Source: a virus
Lineage: Duplodnaviria > Caudoviricetes
Virus record (IMG/VR): IMGVR_UViG_3300034094_000170
Coordinates: 1-59,020 of that record
Length of the DNA stretch: 59,020 nt
Reading direction: 5' to 3' (one strand)
Shown here piece by piece: positions 57,636-59,020 of the stretch. The translations under genes and the position numbers were made by a program. The notes under the pieces are model-generated. The model saw only the letters and a program-made list of their open reading frames with translations. It did not search any database and had not been told where the DNA came from. Each line of letters begins with the position of its first letter. Positions within the stretch are counted from its first letter, which is position 1.

Positions 57636-57824
57636 GTTATTACTCTAGGGTCGTCAAAATTCTTTTTTTTAATTATAACACAAATCTCAATATCGTGATA
57701 TACTCAAAAAGTAAACACTAAAAAACCCTGCGCGAACAGGGCTAAACTAATGAAAAATAAAACTTTTAGTAATGACTTTATCGCCAATTCAAAACACGAC
57801 TGTAAACATAACTCTAATTATAAC

Positions 57825-59020
57825 ATGATTTCTGAAAAAACAATAGAATCCTGCAAAAATATTTCCATTGTCACGATTGCCGAACGGATTGGACTAAAGT
57901 TAAAAAAAATCGGTAGTCAGTTTGTTACCTCATGCCCATTCCACAAAGAAAAAACCCCTAGCTGTTACCTGACTGACGGCAAGGGGTTTAAATGCTTTGG
58001 TTGCAATGAGAGTGGTGGGAGCATCAAATTCTATCAAAAGCTCTGTGGGATTGATAAATTTAAAGATGTAATTTTGGCAATGGCATCAGAATTTTCTATC
58101 AATGTAGAGTATGAAAATGATTCTCAGTCTCAATCACAAAATGATGTTCCTAAAAAAATTATTACTCAAGAAAATAAAACTGTAAAAAACAATGCCAAAA
58201 AAGTTGTAGCTATGAATATTGATTTTGTTGAGTTAGCAAAAACGATAAACCCTAACCTCGGTGTCCTTAAAACCCGCCAGGTTGGAGGTTGTACCGAGGT
58301 CAGGGTTACTTACAATTACTCTGACAGCCAATCTGTCGAGCGAATCGAACGCTTTGATTCAAGCAATATTCGCATCGAGTTTCAGATAGGTAGTCGTCCA
58401 AAAAGTCTTAAACATATAATACCACATCATATAGATGATAGTGGGGAAACTCAAAATAATAAAGGTGATTTGCCTTGGGGTTTTTACGGTCAAAGCGATG
58501 CTGTGACTCACGGTAAAGGTAAATTTGTGTTAATGGTTGAGGGTGAAAAATGTGCAGATGTTATTCGTCAAATAGGATTAGTGGCAGTCTCTCGGATGGG
58601 TGCTGACAAAAAACCCGAAGCTATTAAACGTAATTTTCAAGCGTTGAGTGATGCTGGTGTTGAGGGTGTCATCTTTATATCTGACAATGATGAACCAGGG
58701 GAAAAAGAGTGTGAGACATTTTCTGAACTTGCTACAGATACAGGATTAAAAACCTTAACACTCAAAACTTTAGACTTATATCCTGAAGCTCAAAAAGGTG
58801 ATGATGTTGTTGATTGGGTGATAGCTGACCATGAATTATCTCATACTGATTTTATCAAAAATATTGAATTAGCGATTGATAAAAAAATAAATGTTGCCAA
58901 TAAAACTGAATCAGAACCAATAGAGAAAGCGATTGATTTAGTTAAAAAAGTGATGTTGAGTGAGATTTTTAGTGACATTCAAAAAGCTGTAAAGATTGAT
59001 AAAATAAAAGAGGAATTTAA
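57825..59020 (+). CDS. DNA primase/replication initiator (CHC2 zinc finger + TOPRIM), runs off right edge
   Basis: CPFHKEKTPSC...FKCFGC; VEGEKCAD; DNDEPG; GDDVVDW; alternative in-frame ATG at 57750; not in ORF track. Confidence 0.85.
   Translation, partial: MISEKTIESCKNISIVTIAERIGLKLKKIGSQFVTSCPFHKEKTPSCYLTDGKGFKCFGCNESGGSIKFYQKLCGIDKFKDVILAMASEFSINVEYENDSQSQSQNDVPKKIITQENKTVKNNAKKVVAMNIDFVELAKTINPNLGVLKTRQVGGCTEVRVTYNYSDSQSVERIERFDSSNIRIEFQIGSRPKSLKHIIPHHIDDSGETQNNKGDLPWGFYGQSDAVTHGKGKFVLMVEGEKCADVIRQIGLVAVSRMGADKKPEAIKRNFQALSDAGVEGVIFISDNDEPGEKECETFSELATDTGLKTLTLKTLDLYPEAQKGDDVVDWVIADHELSHTDFIKNIELAIDKKINVANKTESEPIEKAIDLVKKVMLSEIFSDIQKAVKIDKIKEEF

Overview
AT-rich segment of a tailed dsDNA phage, probably a siphovirus-like cyanophage and possibly a phage-plasmid; the host is inferred from the NrdB, IS200/IS605 and CRISPR-leader sequence styles. 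From left to right it contains: tail fibre, endolysin and tail-tip genes (1-13.6 kb); nrdB split by a 255-nt group I intron; a 6835-aa tape-measure-like gene whose N-terminal ~4900 aa hold four GxSxG alpha/beta-hydrolase and six HELTH metallopeptidase modules; tail tube and chaperone genes with a -1 frameshift; capsid, scaffold and portal genes; a compact type I-C CRISPR-Cas locus (cas5-cas8c/cas11-cas7, divergent cas3, no cas1/2/4) with a 7-repeat array; two IS200/IS605 TnpB elements; and the start of a primase gene. The strongest novelty candidate is a set of four dispersed clusters of CRISPR-repeat-like units (~15.0, 45.7, 52.1 and 56.7 kb). Their hairpin sequences are unrelated, but each keeps the type I-C geometry of a stem followed by exactly 11 nt resembling NGAATTGAAAY, and most are separated by only 17-20 nt. 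They may give short, non-cutting guides for the phage Cascade (gene regulation) or act as RNA anti-CRISPRs. All protein calls come from motif recognition by eye; no database searches were run.
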